This document shows, one piece after another, positions 20,186-30,118 of a DNA stretch of 64,000 bases. The notes under the pieces are model-generated. The model was not told where the DNA came from, searched no databases, and worked only from the letters and a program-made list of their open reading frames with translations. The stretch comes from a virus: positions 39,519 to 103,518 of IMG/VR virus record IMGVR_UViG_3300031857_000057; one strand, written 5' to 3'. The position numbers were made by a program, and so were the translations under genes. The number at the start of each line of letters is the position of its first letter. Position 1 is the stretch's first letter.

Positions 20186-21922
20186 ATGAATTCATTGAAG
20201 AAGATTGCTATGATCTTGGCTGCAGCCTTGACATTTGGCACATTTTCTGCGATTCCATCTAACTCTGCAGTTCTTGCTGATAGCTTTGCTATTGATGCAG
20301 TTGCAGATACGATTTCGGCAGGCGAGACCGCAACAGCAGTTGTAACTCTCACCTTTATTGCAGAAAATTCTGGCGATACCGTTTCTGTTCTCTCCCTTGT
20401 ATCAAGTCAACCAACAGGTGCTGGTAAGTCTGCTGTTCTTTCTGTAGCAGAAACATCCAGTTCAGTTGTTACTCTTGGTGGGGGGAACACATCTGCTGAT
20501 ATTAGCTCAACAGTTAATGCAGCAGCACAAATTACTGCTAAGCTCAATGTTGCACTTGTTGCACCATCTGCTGCAGGAACATATGTTGTAAATTTGTATC
20601 CAGTATTAAAGAGCTCTGGTGGTCGCATTACGGCATCACCGTTGGTCTGGACTGTGACAGTAAATGCATTAGACCTAAAGGCTTCTGCAACAACATCTAC
20701 ATCTATTATTAATAAGGGTGAGACAATTTCTGCAACTGCAGATGCTACAGTCTTTGCTTCAAAGACAGTATCTTCTGATGCAGCAGCAGTTATTGTTGTA
20801 ACTCAAAAGAACGTTGCAGGTGGAAATGCCTCAGAGTCTCTTACAGTAACAGTCTCTGGTCCTGGACTTCTTGGACATGGATCAAACCATGCAACCATGA
20901 CGGGATCTGTTCGTGCAATGGTTGTACCAGCAGGAAATTACATTGGTGTATTTTCTGACGGTACTGCTGGAGTTGGAACAGTAACTATCACATCTGCTTC
21001 AAATGTTGTTCTTGCTACGGAGAAGGTAACATTCTTTGGCGACATTGCTAAGATTGTTGCTACTGCTGCAAAGCCAGTACTTACTGTTGGATCAAATGCT
21101 GATGCTATTACAGCAGTTGCATACGATGCTAATGGGGTTGTCGTTGGTAGTGGAACATTGCTTGCAACATCAGATACGCTTGGTGTAGTCAGCAACTCTG
21201 CAACATCCGCAACTATTGTTGATGGTGTAGCAAAGTTTAATCTTACTGGTGTAAGAACTGGTAATGCAAAGGTAGGGGTTTACTCTGGATCTATTGCAGA
21301 TACTGCTTCTGTTCGTGTTGAAGGTGCTGCTGCTAAGGTAGTAATTGCCTTTGATAAGAAGCAATATACCCCAGGTGAGGCAGCAGTTATTACTGTTTCT
21401 GTAACAGATGCTGCAGGTCTTGCACTTACTGGTCAAACATTTGCAAATCTGTTTGCAACAGGTGGAATTTCTACATCCTATGCATTCGGATCAGCAAGTG
21501 ATGTTATTACTGGTGTTTCTGTAACTACAGATACAACAACAGCAACCAAGACATTTAAGGTATTTATGCCTTCTGCTGAAGGAGATGTTGTTATTTCTGC
21601 CACTGGTGGAACTTCTCTGGTTGAGGCAGGACGTGTAGTGATTCGTGATACTGCGACAGTATTTAATCCTGCACGACAAGCTTCTGATGAGGCACTTGCT
21701 GCAGCACAGGCTGCAACAGATGCTGCAGTAGATGCAACTAAGGCTGCAACTTCTGCTCAGGAAGCCGCTGACAAGGCTGCTCTTGCTTCTGCAGAGGCTG
21801 CTAAAGCTGCACAGGATGCACTAACAGCAGTTAACACTCTTGCACTTGAGGTAGCAAAGATTGTTAAGCAAATTACTGCAATGCAAAAGACAATTAACGC
21901 AATTGCTAAAAAGCTAAAGTAA
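20186..21922 (+). CDS. Secreted Ig-like surface (S-layer-like) protein
   Basis: Signal peptide, Ala/Thr/Val-rich beta repeats, C-terminal Ala-rich coiled coil. Confidence 0.6.
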   Translation: MNSLKKIAMILAAALTFGTFSAIPSNSAVLADSFAIDAVADTISAGETATAVVTLTFIAENSGDTVSVLSLVSSQPTGAGKSAVLSVAETSSSVVTLGGGNTSADISSTVNAAAQITAKLNVALVAPSAAGTYVVNLYPVLKSSGGRITASPLVWTVTVNALDLKASATTSTSIINKGETISATADATVFASKTVSSDAAAVIVVTQKNVAGGNASESLTVTVSGPGLLGHGSNHATMTGSVRAMVVPAGNYIGVFSDGTAGVGTVTITSASNVVLATEKVTFFGDIAKIVATAAKPVLTVGSNADAITAVAYDANGVVVGSGTLLATSDTLGVVSNSATSATIVDGVAKFNLTGVRTGNAKVGVYSGSIADTASVRVEGAAAKVVIAFDKKQYTPGEAAVITVSVTDAAGLALTGQTFANLFATGGISTSYAFGSASDVITGVSVTTDTTTATKTFKVFMPSAEGDVVISATGGTSLVEAGRVVIRDTATVFNPARQASDEALAAAQAATDAAVDATKAATSAQEAADKAALASAEAAKAAQDALTAVNTLALEVAKIVKQITAMQKTINAIAKKLK

Positions 21923-21934
21923 TTAGCTTATAAA

Positions 21935-21966
21935 ATGGGGGCAGGGAAACTTGCCCCCTTTTTTAT
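21935..21966 (+). terminator. Intrinsic terminator
   Basis: GGGGGCAGG-GAAA-CTTGCCCCC followed by a T-run. Confidence 0.85.
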
Positions 21967-22010
21967 TGCAAAAAATTAAATAATGATATAATTACACCTA
22001 GGTAGCCCTT

Positions 22011-24437
22011 ATGAACTATATTCGTAAGTTATTCAGAATACTAATTGTTTCGGGGCTAGTAATAACGACTTCTCTTTTTGGCATGTATGCAGCAGAAGCC
22101 AATACACAGATAGATCAAATTCAATCCCAACTCGCTGGTTTAGATCCAGTAACAGATGATATTAAAGCGGCCATATCAAATATTCAAGGCGCAATAAATA
22201 AATCAAATCAATTAAAAAATCAATTAGATTCTGCTATTGAGACTGATAAGAAAAACAAAGAACTTTTAGCAAAGTCAGAAGAAGAGCTTGAACAATCAAA
22301 AGAAGAGTTAGATCTATCTACATCAGAACTTGAAGAGGCTAAATCAACTCTTGAAGAAGCCCTAGCAAAATACAATGAAAAAGAAGCGGAATTAAAAGAA
22401 AAGCTTGATTTAATAGAGTCAATAAAGTCTACTCTAGTATCTGAAAAGGAAAAGTTAGATGCTAAAAAGGCTGAAATAGTAGTGGTTATAGAACAGATCA
22501 AAAATAAGCAAGATCTTGTATCTGGAACAAAATCTGCTATAGCAAGTCTTGAGTCCTCTATATCTGCTTTAAATGGTTCAATCAATAGCCAGTCTACAGT
22601 GGTAAATAATATTAAGTCAGAAGTTGATTCTTTAAATACAACTATATCATCTTTGACTACCGCAATAACAAACCAACAGTCTGTTGTTTCTACCGCACAA
22701 TCAGAATATAATGTTACACAGTCAGCATTAACTTCTGCAACAAACGCAGTTAGCAGTCAGGAAACTGTTGTTGCTACCGCTCTTACAAATAAAACTAATG
22801 CAGAAAATGCAGTTAATAATGCTGGATCAACAGGACTTCAATATACTGTATATGATCTATTGAGGGATGGCTATGTTAATGGACAGCATATAGCAGTGCC
22901 TGGTTCTGTAATATGTACTGGCGTTTTGAATTCGGGCTCTATGAATCTTCCAGTATGTGGTAATAGATACTATGATGTTATTGTTAAATTTACTGGAAAA
23001 ATTACTGTACCATCACACTGGACTTCTACTAAGTTTGCAGGATATACAGATGACGGGTTTAGAATGTATGTGAACGGAAACCTTGCAGTAAATAATTGGG
23101 TAGAGCAAGGAACAACATGGAGCGCTTATTCTCCTATATATGATGTAAGTGTAAATAAAACTTTAAATGTAGAAATTTGGTGGTACAACGGAGGTGGGCC
23201 AGGAAGTTATTTGCTGGGATGGGCAATTCCTGGAGGATTTACTACGGCAGGATGTGACTATACTGGAGGCTGGGGTGTAGCATTTAGCTGTAATTTAAAT
23301 ACATTCTCACACGGAGCAGCACCAACACAAGAACAATTAGATGCTAGGGATACAGCAACCGCATTATATAATGTTGAAAATGCTACATTGCAATCATATA
23401 TTCAGGCAAAATCGGTAGCACAATCAAATCATGACACCAAGACTGCCACTCTAAGTTCTGCTAATTCAACGTTAGCTTCTTTGATATCTCAAAAAAATAG
23501 TGCACAGTCTAGCCTATCTACAGCCTCATCTAATCTTGAAAAAGAACAGGTAACGTTAGATAAATTATTAGCTGATAGCAATGCTTTAAAAAATAATCTG
23601 ACGGAAAAACAAAATGAATTAGCCAAACAAGAGGCAGAGCTTGCAGAATTAGAATCCAATAAAACTACTTTAGAATCAGAACAATCTAGCATAGAATCAG
23701 AAATATCTAATAAAGAAACAGAGTTGTCTGCCGAAGAATCAAATTCACAAAACTTGACGGAAGAAAAATCTTCCTTATATTTAGAATATCAAACAAAAGA
23801 AACTGAAAAAACAACGGCAGAATCTAAATTAGAATCATCTAAATCTAGAGTAGAAAAAGCAGAAACAGATTTTGCAAATAAGACAACTGAATCTGAAAAT
23901 TCAGAGAAAAAAATAGAAGACACAGAGGCAGAAAAAGAATCGGTAGAAGATGAAATATCAGACTTATCTTCATCAACACAAGATCTTATTGCTAAAACTA
24001 AAGAAGAGCAGAGGCTTGCAAAAATAGAAGAGGCTAAAGAAGAAGCTAGAGAAGCTGCAGAATCTGGCGGGGTAATTACGGAAGAACAAAAAGAACTTAT
24101 AGTAAATGCATTATTTGAAAATGCTGGCGGGAATCCGATAACAGCAGAAGCAATAGCAGAATCTGGTATAGATTATGAAGATCTACCACCAGATACTCCA
24201 GTTGAATTAGAAAATGGTGTAGTGCTAACTGCTGAAGTTGCAGATGCCCTTGAAGTATTTGAAGATGTAGGAGAGTTATTCTCTGAGGTATTTTCTGATC
24301 CAGGCAAAGTCTTGATGGCTTTTGCTAATGTGGGTGCGGATATGTCTCCAGAGGTTAGAGAGAAGGCTGAGGATATAGTAGTTGTCACAGTCATAGTGGG
24401 GCAAATTGTAGTAGCAGGATCAATACTTAGGAGGTAA
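22011..24437 (+). CDS. Secreted or membrane-anchored coiled-coil protein with PA14 domain
   Basis: Signal peptide; long heptad regions flanking a PA14-like core (TDDGFRMYVNG...WWYNGGGP); C-terminal hydrophobic segment. Confidence 0.7.
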   Translation: MNYIRKLFRILIVSGLVITTSLFGMYAAEANTQIDQIQSQLAGLDPVTDDIKAAISNIQGAINKSNQLKNQLDSAIETDKKNKELLAKSEEELEQSKEELDLSTSELEEAKSTLEEALAKYNEKEAELKEKLDLIESIKSTLVSEKEKLDAKKAEIVVVIEQIKNKQDLVSGTKSAIASLESSISALNGSINSQSTVVNNIKSEVDSLNTTISSLTTAITNQQSVVSTAQSEYNVTQSALTSATNAVSSQETVVATALTNKTNAENAVNNAGSTGLQYTVYDLLRDGYVNGQHIAVPGSVICTGVLNSGSMNLPVCGNRYYDVIVKFTGKITVPSHWTSTKFAGYTDDGFRMYVNGNLAVNNWVEQGTTWSAYSPIYDVSVNKTLNVEIWWYNGGGPGSYLLGWAIPGGFTTAGCDYTGGWGVAFSCNLNTFSHGAAPTQEQLDARDTATALYNVENATLQSYIQAKSVAQSNHDTKTATLSSANSTLASLISQKNSAQSSLSTASSNLEKEQVTLDKLLADSNALKNNLTEKQNELAKQEAELAELESNKTTLESEQSSIESEISNKETELSAEESNSQNLTEEKSSLYLEYQTKETEKTTAESKLESSKSRVEKAETDFANKTTESENSEKKIEDTEAEKESVEDEISDLSSSTQDLIAKTKEEQRLAKIEEAKEEAREAAESGGVITEEQKELIVNALFENAGGNPITAEAIAESGIDYEDLPPDTPVELENGVVLTAEVADALEVFEDVGELFSEVFSDPGKVLMAFANVGADMSPEVREKAEDIVVVTVIVGQIVVAGSILRR

Positions 24438-24440
24438 GAA

Positions 24441-24623
24441 ATGAAATGGATTAAAGACAGGGTGCTGGCTATCCTTAATGAAAACTTCACCTTCCTAGGC
24501 TTTTTTGTTGCGTGGGTAGTATTAGAGGGCAGTGCAAAGACAGTCGTAGGATATGTGACATTATTATCAATAGCCCTCTGGTTCCTTACCATTGGTGTCC
24601 GAGCAAGGGCAGAAGAAGAATAG
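24441..24623 (+). CDS. Small two-TM membrane protein
   Basis: Two hydrophobic segments. Confidence 0.6.
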   Translation: MKWIKDRVLAILNENFTFLGFFVAWVVLEGSAKTVVGYVTLLSIALWFLTIGVRARAEEE

Positions 24624-24639
24624 TGTTATAATGGAGGCT

Positions 24640-24873
24640 ATGAAGATCTCAAAAATATTAGCCTCCATATTTTTGGTAGTAGCATTATCAAGCTGCGGGT
24701 ACGATGGGCACTATAGATATCCATGCCAGGATCCTGCTAATTGGAATACAGAAGATTGCAAGCCCCCAATATGTACTGCTAATGGGGCATGTCCAGAAGA
24801 TTTAGTGGGTACCGATGTAGTTGATGGTACAATAGATGAGACGGTAGTAGAGGAAGAAACAACAAATGAGTAA
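24640..24873 (+). CDS. Small lipoprotein
   Basis: Lipobox LSSC after a hydrophobic signal; YRYPCQDPANW; four further Cys. Confidence 0.65.
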   Translation: MKISKILASIFLVVALSSCGYDGHYRYPCQDPANWNTEDCKPPICTANGACPEDLVGTDVVDGTIDETVVEEETTNE

Positions 24874-25267
24874 ATCAAGATATACATCAGCTGAATTAGA
24901 TGCACGGCTAAAGTTTGCTCTGGGCATAATGCTTGGGGTTATTTTATTATCAACAACACTTGGCATTCTTTATGCCCTTATATTTGTAACTCAGCCAGTA
25001 AATGCACAGTCTGAAAATGACAAGATGTTCTTTAATGTTCTTGGTAGTGTTGCTACATTTATTACTGGTACCCTCGCAGGTTTGCTCATTGGTAAAAGCG
25101 GTGCACAAGAAATGAAAGACGCAATGGCAGATCAAGCAAATATTTCTGCTTCAACTGAAGAAGAGGCACCAGCTATTCAGGAAATAACGGAAGAGATCCC
25201 CACTGGAAAACCAGAAGGCGAAATGCCAGAAGAAACAGAAGTTGATGAAGACTGGGACAAAGACTAA
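24866..25267 (+). CDS. Two-TM membrane protein with acidic tail
   Basis: Two hydrophobic helices, Glu-rich C-terminus. Confidence 0.6.
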   Translation: MSKSRYTSAELDARLKFALGIMLGVILLSTTLGILYALIFVTQPVNAQSENDKMFFNVLGSVATFITGTLAGLLIGKSGAQEMKDAMADQANISASTEEEAPAIQEITEEIPTGKPEGEMPEETEVDEDWDKD

Positions 25268-25488
25268 TGAAAATTAAAGATAAATTAATGGTTTACATTA
25301 CTCTAGGAATCTTAGGCTTTATAGGGCTTGTTGTTATAGGTGAATATGCTTCAATGCTTGCACAACAATTTACTTCAGGTGAAAAATATAGTACCAATGA
25401 AGACGCAATCGCTTTAGTACAAAATGCTTTAGTGGGTCTTATTGGAATTATCGGCGGATATTTTGCTGGTAAAGTGAAAGAGGATTAA
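25267..25488 (+). CDS. Two-TM membrane protein, possible holin
   Basis: Two TM helices immediately before the endolysin. Confidence 0.5.
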   Translation: MKIKDKLMVYITLGILGFIGLVVIGEYASMLAQQFTSGEKYSTNEDAIALVQNALVGLIGIIGGYFAGKVKED

Positions 25489-25490
25489 TC

Positions 25491-26114
25491 ATGGCAGAAA
25501 TGGGAACAGCAGCCAAACTTATTGAAATTGCAAAGGGTGAGCTTGGAGTTATTGAAGGCCCTCGTGATAATGAGACTAAGTATGGCAAATTTACTAAGGC
25601 AAACTTTCAACCATGGTGTGGATCATTTGTTATGTGGTGCGCTGATCAAGCTGGCGTAAAGGTTCCTAATACTGTATACACACCATCAGGAGCAGCAGCA
25701 TTTAAGAAAGCTGGCAAATGGATTGACGGAGATATTGCAGATCCAGAGGCAGGCGATATAGCCTATTTTGATTTCCCTGCTGATGGCGTAGATCGTATCT
25801 CACATGTTGGGATTGTTATCAAAGACAACGAAGATGGAACTGTTTGGTGCATTGAAGGAAACACCACTAATCGTAAAGGCGGAAGCCAGCGAAATGGTGG
25901 AGAAGTTTGTAAGCAGCTTCGTGCATATAAGAAAAATAAAAAAGGTGTTCAGATTTCTATAGTTGGATTTGGTCGCCCTAAGTTTAAGGGTGGGGCAGCC
26001 AAGCAAGACGCATCATTGACAGCTACAGAAGAAAAAACATTTGGTATAAAAGATGAAGATCTTAAGCAGTCAGATACTAAAAAGTGTCCAACATGTGGAC
26101 AAGCAGTAAAATAG
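25491..26114 (+). CDS. CHAP-domain endolysin
   Basis: PWCGSFV (catalytic Cys), SHVGIV (His), IEGNT. Confidence 0.88.
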   Translation: MAEMGTAAKLIEIAKGELGVIEGPRDNETKYGKFTKANFQPWCGSFVMWCADQAGVKVPNTVYTPSGAAAFKKAGKWIDGDIADPEAGDIAYFDFPADGVDRISHVGIVIKDNEDGTVWCIEGNTTNRKGGSQRNGGEVCKQLRAYKKNKKGVQISIVGFGRPKFKGGAAKQDASLTATEEKTFGIKDEDLKQSDTKKCPTCGQAVK

Positions 26115-26170
26115 CATACTTGACGATATAAAAATCTTTTGATATACTAGTTAAGAAGCTAGGGGTAAGC

Positions 26171-26692
26171 ATGACTTGTATCGCTGCAATAATCAAAGAC
26201 GGCAAAGCATATATGGCTGGTGAAAGAGCCGTTACTGATGATTCGCATATATCTAAGATAGATACACCAAAAATATGGAAGACTGGTGATTATCTTATGG
26301 GATATTGCGGTGGTCTTGAAGCACAAATAATACAAAATAACTTTAAACCTCCTGCCGTTGAGGGCAATGTGGACAAGTTTATGCGTACAAAATTTCTTGA
26401 ATCTATTAAGGCATTTTATGATAAGTGGGGAATGAGAGTTGAAAAAGAATCAGAATTATCTTTACTTATATGTGTAAAAGGCAGAATGTTTGAACATGAA
26501 ACGGCAACACTTGCAATGATTTCCTATGATTCGCATTTTCATGCCATAGGATCAGGTTCGGCTTATGCTTTGGGCTCTCTTCATGCTACCCAAAACTATA
26601 AAGACCCAAAGCGTAGGCTGACTCAAGCTCTTGATGCTGCAATAATGTATAGCCCACAATGCCTTTACCCAGTTGACTTTCTTAGCAAGTAG
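26171..26692 (+). CDS. Ntn-hydrolase, HslV/proteasome-beta-like peptidase
   Basis: N-terminal MTC (Thr nucleophile after Met removal), AIGSGS.YALG. Confidence 0.75.
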   Translation: MTCIAAIIKDGKAYMAGERAVTDDSHISKIDTPKIWKTGDYLMGYCGGLEAQIIQNNFKPPAVEGNVDKFMRTKFLESIKAFYDKWGMRVEKESELSLLICVKGRMFEHETATLAMISYDSHFHAIGSGSAYALGSLHATQNYKDPKRRLTQALDAAIMYSPQCLYPVDFLSK

Positions 26693-26707
26693 TTGTAGAA
26701 TATATAT

Positions 26708-26917
26708 ATGGATATCAACTTTGAAGAAGAATTTAGTAAAGACATTGATGATAAAGAGTTTGGAATATGGTTGCAAAACGGCATAGACCGTGGGTGGGTA
26801 TCAAAGCCATTTTGTTATACTCATGAGGGTGACCCCTATATGACTGATGAAGAAATGCAAGAGTGGGAAGATGGTGGAGATCCATGCTTTTTTACTGTTA
26901 AAGTATTGGATATTTGA
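26708..26917 (+). CDS. Acidic hypothetical protein
   Basis: Leaderless ORF; WLQNGIDRGW...CYTHEG motif. Confidence 0.55.
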   Translation: MDINFEEEFSKDIDDKEFGIWLQNGIDRGWVSKPFCYTHEGDPYMTDEEMQEWEDGGDPCFFTVKVLDI

Positions 26918-26919
26918 TT

Positions 26920-27948
26920 ATGAAAAAAATTATTACGTCAACAATGCTTGGCGTTATATCTGTTATTTTTTCTTCAATGTTTATTCATCCAGGACAAGCA
27001 GCAATCAAACAAAATTCCCCGTGTTCTGTTATTAATTCTAAATATACATCTAAGCAACAGTTATATGTATGCACAAAAAATAAAAATAAGTTAGTATGGA
27101 AAAAATCTAAACTAATTTTTGACAACGTTGTGATACCAACTATTGTTGAAACTACTACGGTATCAATTAAAACAGAAACATATTCTGCAGGGATAAAGGT
27201 AAAAAGTTTTTCACAACAAGCATCAGAAAATTTTTTGCTTTGGGCTGGAAAAAATAGGTCTGTAAAATCTAATCATTTTGTTTATAAAAATTATGACATT
27301 CCAGAAGATATTTTTTTATCTATTAATAAAACAGAGATGGAAGCAAAAGATATTTTTGCAGGGTTTGTAAAACAAGATACCTATAGTTTTTATGGTGGAG
27401 AAGATAAGGATTGGTTTTATACCCACAAAAAATTTATACCACCAGGTAACACATCTAATATTTGTGGAATCCATCCAGATAGCTTGGCAGCATGTGTAAA
27501 TTTAATTGATTCAACATTTTTTAGATTACCTCATGACAATTTTAAACCAAGCAATGCTGCATCAGTTTTAGGCGCTCATGAATATTTTCATTTTGCTCAA
27601 ATGTCGCTTGCAGATCTAACGCCATTTATTAAAAGATCAATTCCTAGATGGTTAGAAGAAGGATCAGCTGAGTTTGTTGGTTATTCAATATTATCAAACA
27701 TTGAATCAAAACCATACGATAGTCTCTTTGCACAAGATAGAAAAATATTTATTGATATAGATTCTGATCCGTACATTAGTGGAAGAATATTTGTTGAATT
27801 TATTGTATCAGAATATGGGTTTGAATCTATATTAAAGATGTTTTATGAATATAGAAACAATAAAAACTTTGATGAAATTTTTTATTCTGTAACAAATAAT
27901 ACGGTACAAGATACTTTAAATAATTTTAAAAAGGTTAAAAATGGATGA
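26920..27948 (+). CDS. Secreted zinc metallopeptidase-like protein
   Basis: Signal peptide; HEYFH and WLEEGSAE (clan MA pattern). Confidence 0.65.
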   Translation: MKKIITSTMLGVISVIFSSMFIHPGQAAIKQNSPCSVINSKYTSKQQLYVCTKNKNKLVWKKSKLIFDNVVIPTIVETTTVSIKTETYSAGIKVKSFSQQASENFLLWAGKNRSVKSNHFVYKNYDIPEDIFLSINKTEMEAKDIFAGFVKQDTYSFYGGEDKDWFYTHKKFIPPGNTSNICGIHPDSLAACVNLIDSTFFRLPHDNFKPSNAASVLGAHEYFHFAQMSLADLTPFIKRSIPRWLEEGSAEFVGYSILSNIESKPYDSLFAQDRKIFIDIDSDPYISGRIFVEFIVSEYGFESILKMFYEYRNNKNFDEIFYSVTNNTVQDTLNNFKKVKNG

Positions 27949-29584
27949 AATCTTTGGTATTTCTTTTAATCATGACTCGTCGTTCTGTGCTTTAAAAGAT
28001 AACGAAATTAAATATTTTTGCAAAGAAGAAAGGGTAACTGGTTTAAAAAGAGATACCCATCCAGCGTTGTCAATGTTTTTGTATAATACTGATTCTCAAA
28101 ACATAAGCGTAGCTTTTTCTTCCCCAACTTTTAGACCAACGGTTGCCGATTCATATTTAAATCTTGTAAAAAAGAAACATAAAGCAATAGATATTATAGA
28201 GTATTCTGATCAACATCACTTAGTACATGCAAATTTAGCATTTTACGATAGTGGCTTTAAAGAAGCTTTAGTTTTTGTAATTGACAGAAATGGATCTGTA
28301 TATTTTGATTCTTGCAGAGAGTCAGAAACAGTATTTATAGCGTCATATCCAAATAATTTTATACCAATATACAAAAACTTTTGGATAGAAAAAAATGATG
28401 CACATCAGCATATTGCAAATTTTAAAAAAGAAAATCCAGATTGCGATATAAATGGAAGATCAATGTTTAGCATTATTAAGGTTTATGAATCTGCTACATC
28501 ATTAATAAAGCAGCATCCTCTTGAAAATGGAAAAGTAATGGGGTTATCAGCATATGGAAATAAAAATATTAATTATCCAAGTTTATTTATAGATAAAATA
28601 ACACCCAATGATTATTATTTTGGGCATGATCAAATTAAAGATATGAAAGCATCTACCAATAGAGATCTTCATCATTTAGCAGTTAATGAGGTACCAAAAG
28701 AAGGATACCAGGTGTATGCAGACTATGCTTGGCAAGTTCAAAAACAAACTCAAGAAGCAGTTGCTGAACTTATTGATAAGTATGTTAGACAGACTGGAAT
28801 AAAAAATGTTTGCATAACTGGAGGATATGGTCTAAATGTTGTGGCAAATCACTATTATATAACTCAATTTCCAGACATTAATTTTTTCTTTGAGCCGCTT
28901 GCTGACGATTCTGGTAATAGTATAGGTGCTGCAATGAAGCTATACAGAGATACAACTCTTGATACAACAATAAAAAAACTAGAGCATACATTTTTTAATG
29001 GATTTAATTATGACTTGAATAATATAAAAGGAATTGATGCATCTATTACAGATGTTGCAAGTCTTATAGCGTCTGGAAAGAGCGTTGCTGTATATAATGG
29101 ATTAGCAGAGGCTGGCCCAAGGGCTCTTGGCAATAGGTCAATTCTTTTTGATCCTAGAGATCCAAATGCCAGGGATAAGGTTAATCAGATTAAAAAAAGA
29201 GAATGGTATAGACCTTTTGCGGCAATGGTTCTTGAAGAAGACGCTAGTACATTTTTTGAAACTGGCAGGGTAGGCAAAAGCGAATTTATGACAATATCTT
29301 TCCCTGTAGTTAAAGAATTTAAACATCTTATTCCTGGTGTTGTTCATGTTGATGATACCTGTAGAATACAAACTATTAGTGATAACAACCCCATAATGCA
29401 ACAATTAATTAGAGAGTTTAAAGATATAGCTGGTATTGGCATTTTATTAAATACAAGTTTTAATTTAGCTGGAAAACCTCTTGTAGAAACACCACAAGAT
29501 GCAATTGATACATTAAATAATAGTACATTAGACTATATCTGGTTTCCAGAAGTTGCAAAACTTGTCAGCTCTGGTATAATATAA
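27941..29584 (+). CDS. Carbamoyltransferase (NodU/CmcH family), copy 1
   Basis: HDSS, EER, HHLVHA, GKVMGLSAYG, EAGPRALGNRSIL, KKREWYRPFA, LLNTSFN. Confidence 0.93.
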   Translation: MDEIFGISFNHDSSFCALKDNEIKYFCKEERVTGLKRDTHPALSMFLYNTDSQNISVAFSSPTFRPTVADSYLNLVKKKHKAIDIIEYSDQHHLVHANLAFYDSGFKEALVFVIDRNGSVYFDSCRESETVFIASYPNNFIPIYKNFWIEKNDAHQHIANFKKENPDCDINGRSMFSIIKVYESATSLIKQHPLENGKVMGLSAYGNKNINYPSLFIDKITPNDYYFGHDQIKDMKASTNRDLHHLAVNEVPKEGYQVYADYAWQVQKQTQEAVAELIDKYVRQTGIKNVCITGGYGLNVVANHYYITQFPDINFFFEPLADDSGNSIGAAMKLYRDTTLDTTIKKLEHTFFNGFNYDLNNIKGIDASITDVASLIASGKSVAVYNGLAEAGPRALGNRSILFDPRDPNARDKVNQIKKREWYRPFAAMVLEEDASTFFETGRVGKSEFMTISFPVVKEFKHLIPGVVHVDDTCRIQTISDNNPIMQQLIREFKDIAGIGILLNTSFNLAGKPLVETPQDAIDTLNNSTLDYIWFPEVAKLVSSGII

Positions 29585-29710
29585 TATGGAGGCAATATGT
29601 TAAAAAGATTTTGGAATTGGTTCAGAGACAACTCTGGCTATAACTATACCCAATCATCAATGAATGGTGGCACTCATAAGAGATGTCAATGTAAAGAAAA
29701 GAGTAATTAA

Positions 29711-29929
29711 ATGGAATCAACTAAAAGAAGTTTATTGAAAACCCTTAGCTGGGAGACTTTTCATCTTGTTGGAGTTGCAGGTGTATTAACAATTGGAGTA
29801 TATCTTGCTACTGGAGAATGGGAATATGAATATGCTGCACTAGGAGCATTAGTCTATATCGGGTGGGAAGCCTTAGGATATTTTCTTCATGAAAGAGTAT
29901 GGGCTAAGTTTGGAAAGAAAATATCTTAA
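29711..29929 (+). CDS. DUF2061-like membrane protein
   Basis: RSLLKTLSW...YFLHERVW. Confidence 0.75.
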   Translation: MESTKRSLLKTLSWETFHLVGVAGVLTIGVYLATGEWEYEYAALGALVYIGWEALGYFLHERVWAKFGKKIS

Positions 29930-30114
29930 TGCCTCAGTATGAATATGATTGCATGGCTTGCGCTATGAGATACATAAAAACTAGATCTATGTCAGAAAAT
30001 GATCCAGGGTATGTGTGTGAGTCTTGTAGCAAGCCTTTAGTTAGAGTATATTCTAATTTTGGTGTACAATTCAAGGGTAATGGGTTTTACTCAACAGACA
30101 ACAAAGGAAAGTAG
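29929..30114 (+). CDS. FmdB-family zinc-ribbon protein
   Basis: MPQYEYDC..C...C..C...FKGNGFYSTD. Confidence 0.85.
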   Translation: MPQYEYDCMACAMRYIKTRSMSENDPGYVCESCSKPLVRVYSNFGVQFKGNGFYSTDNKGK

Positions 30115-30118
30115 CATC

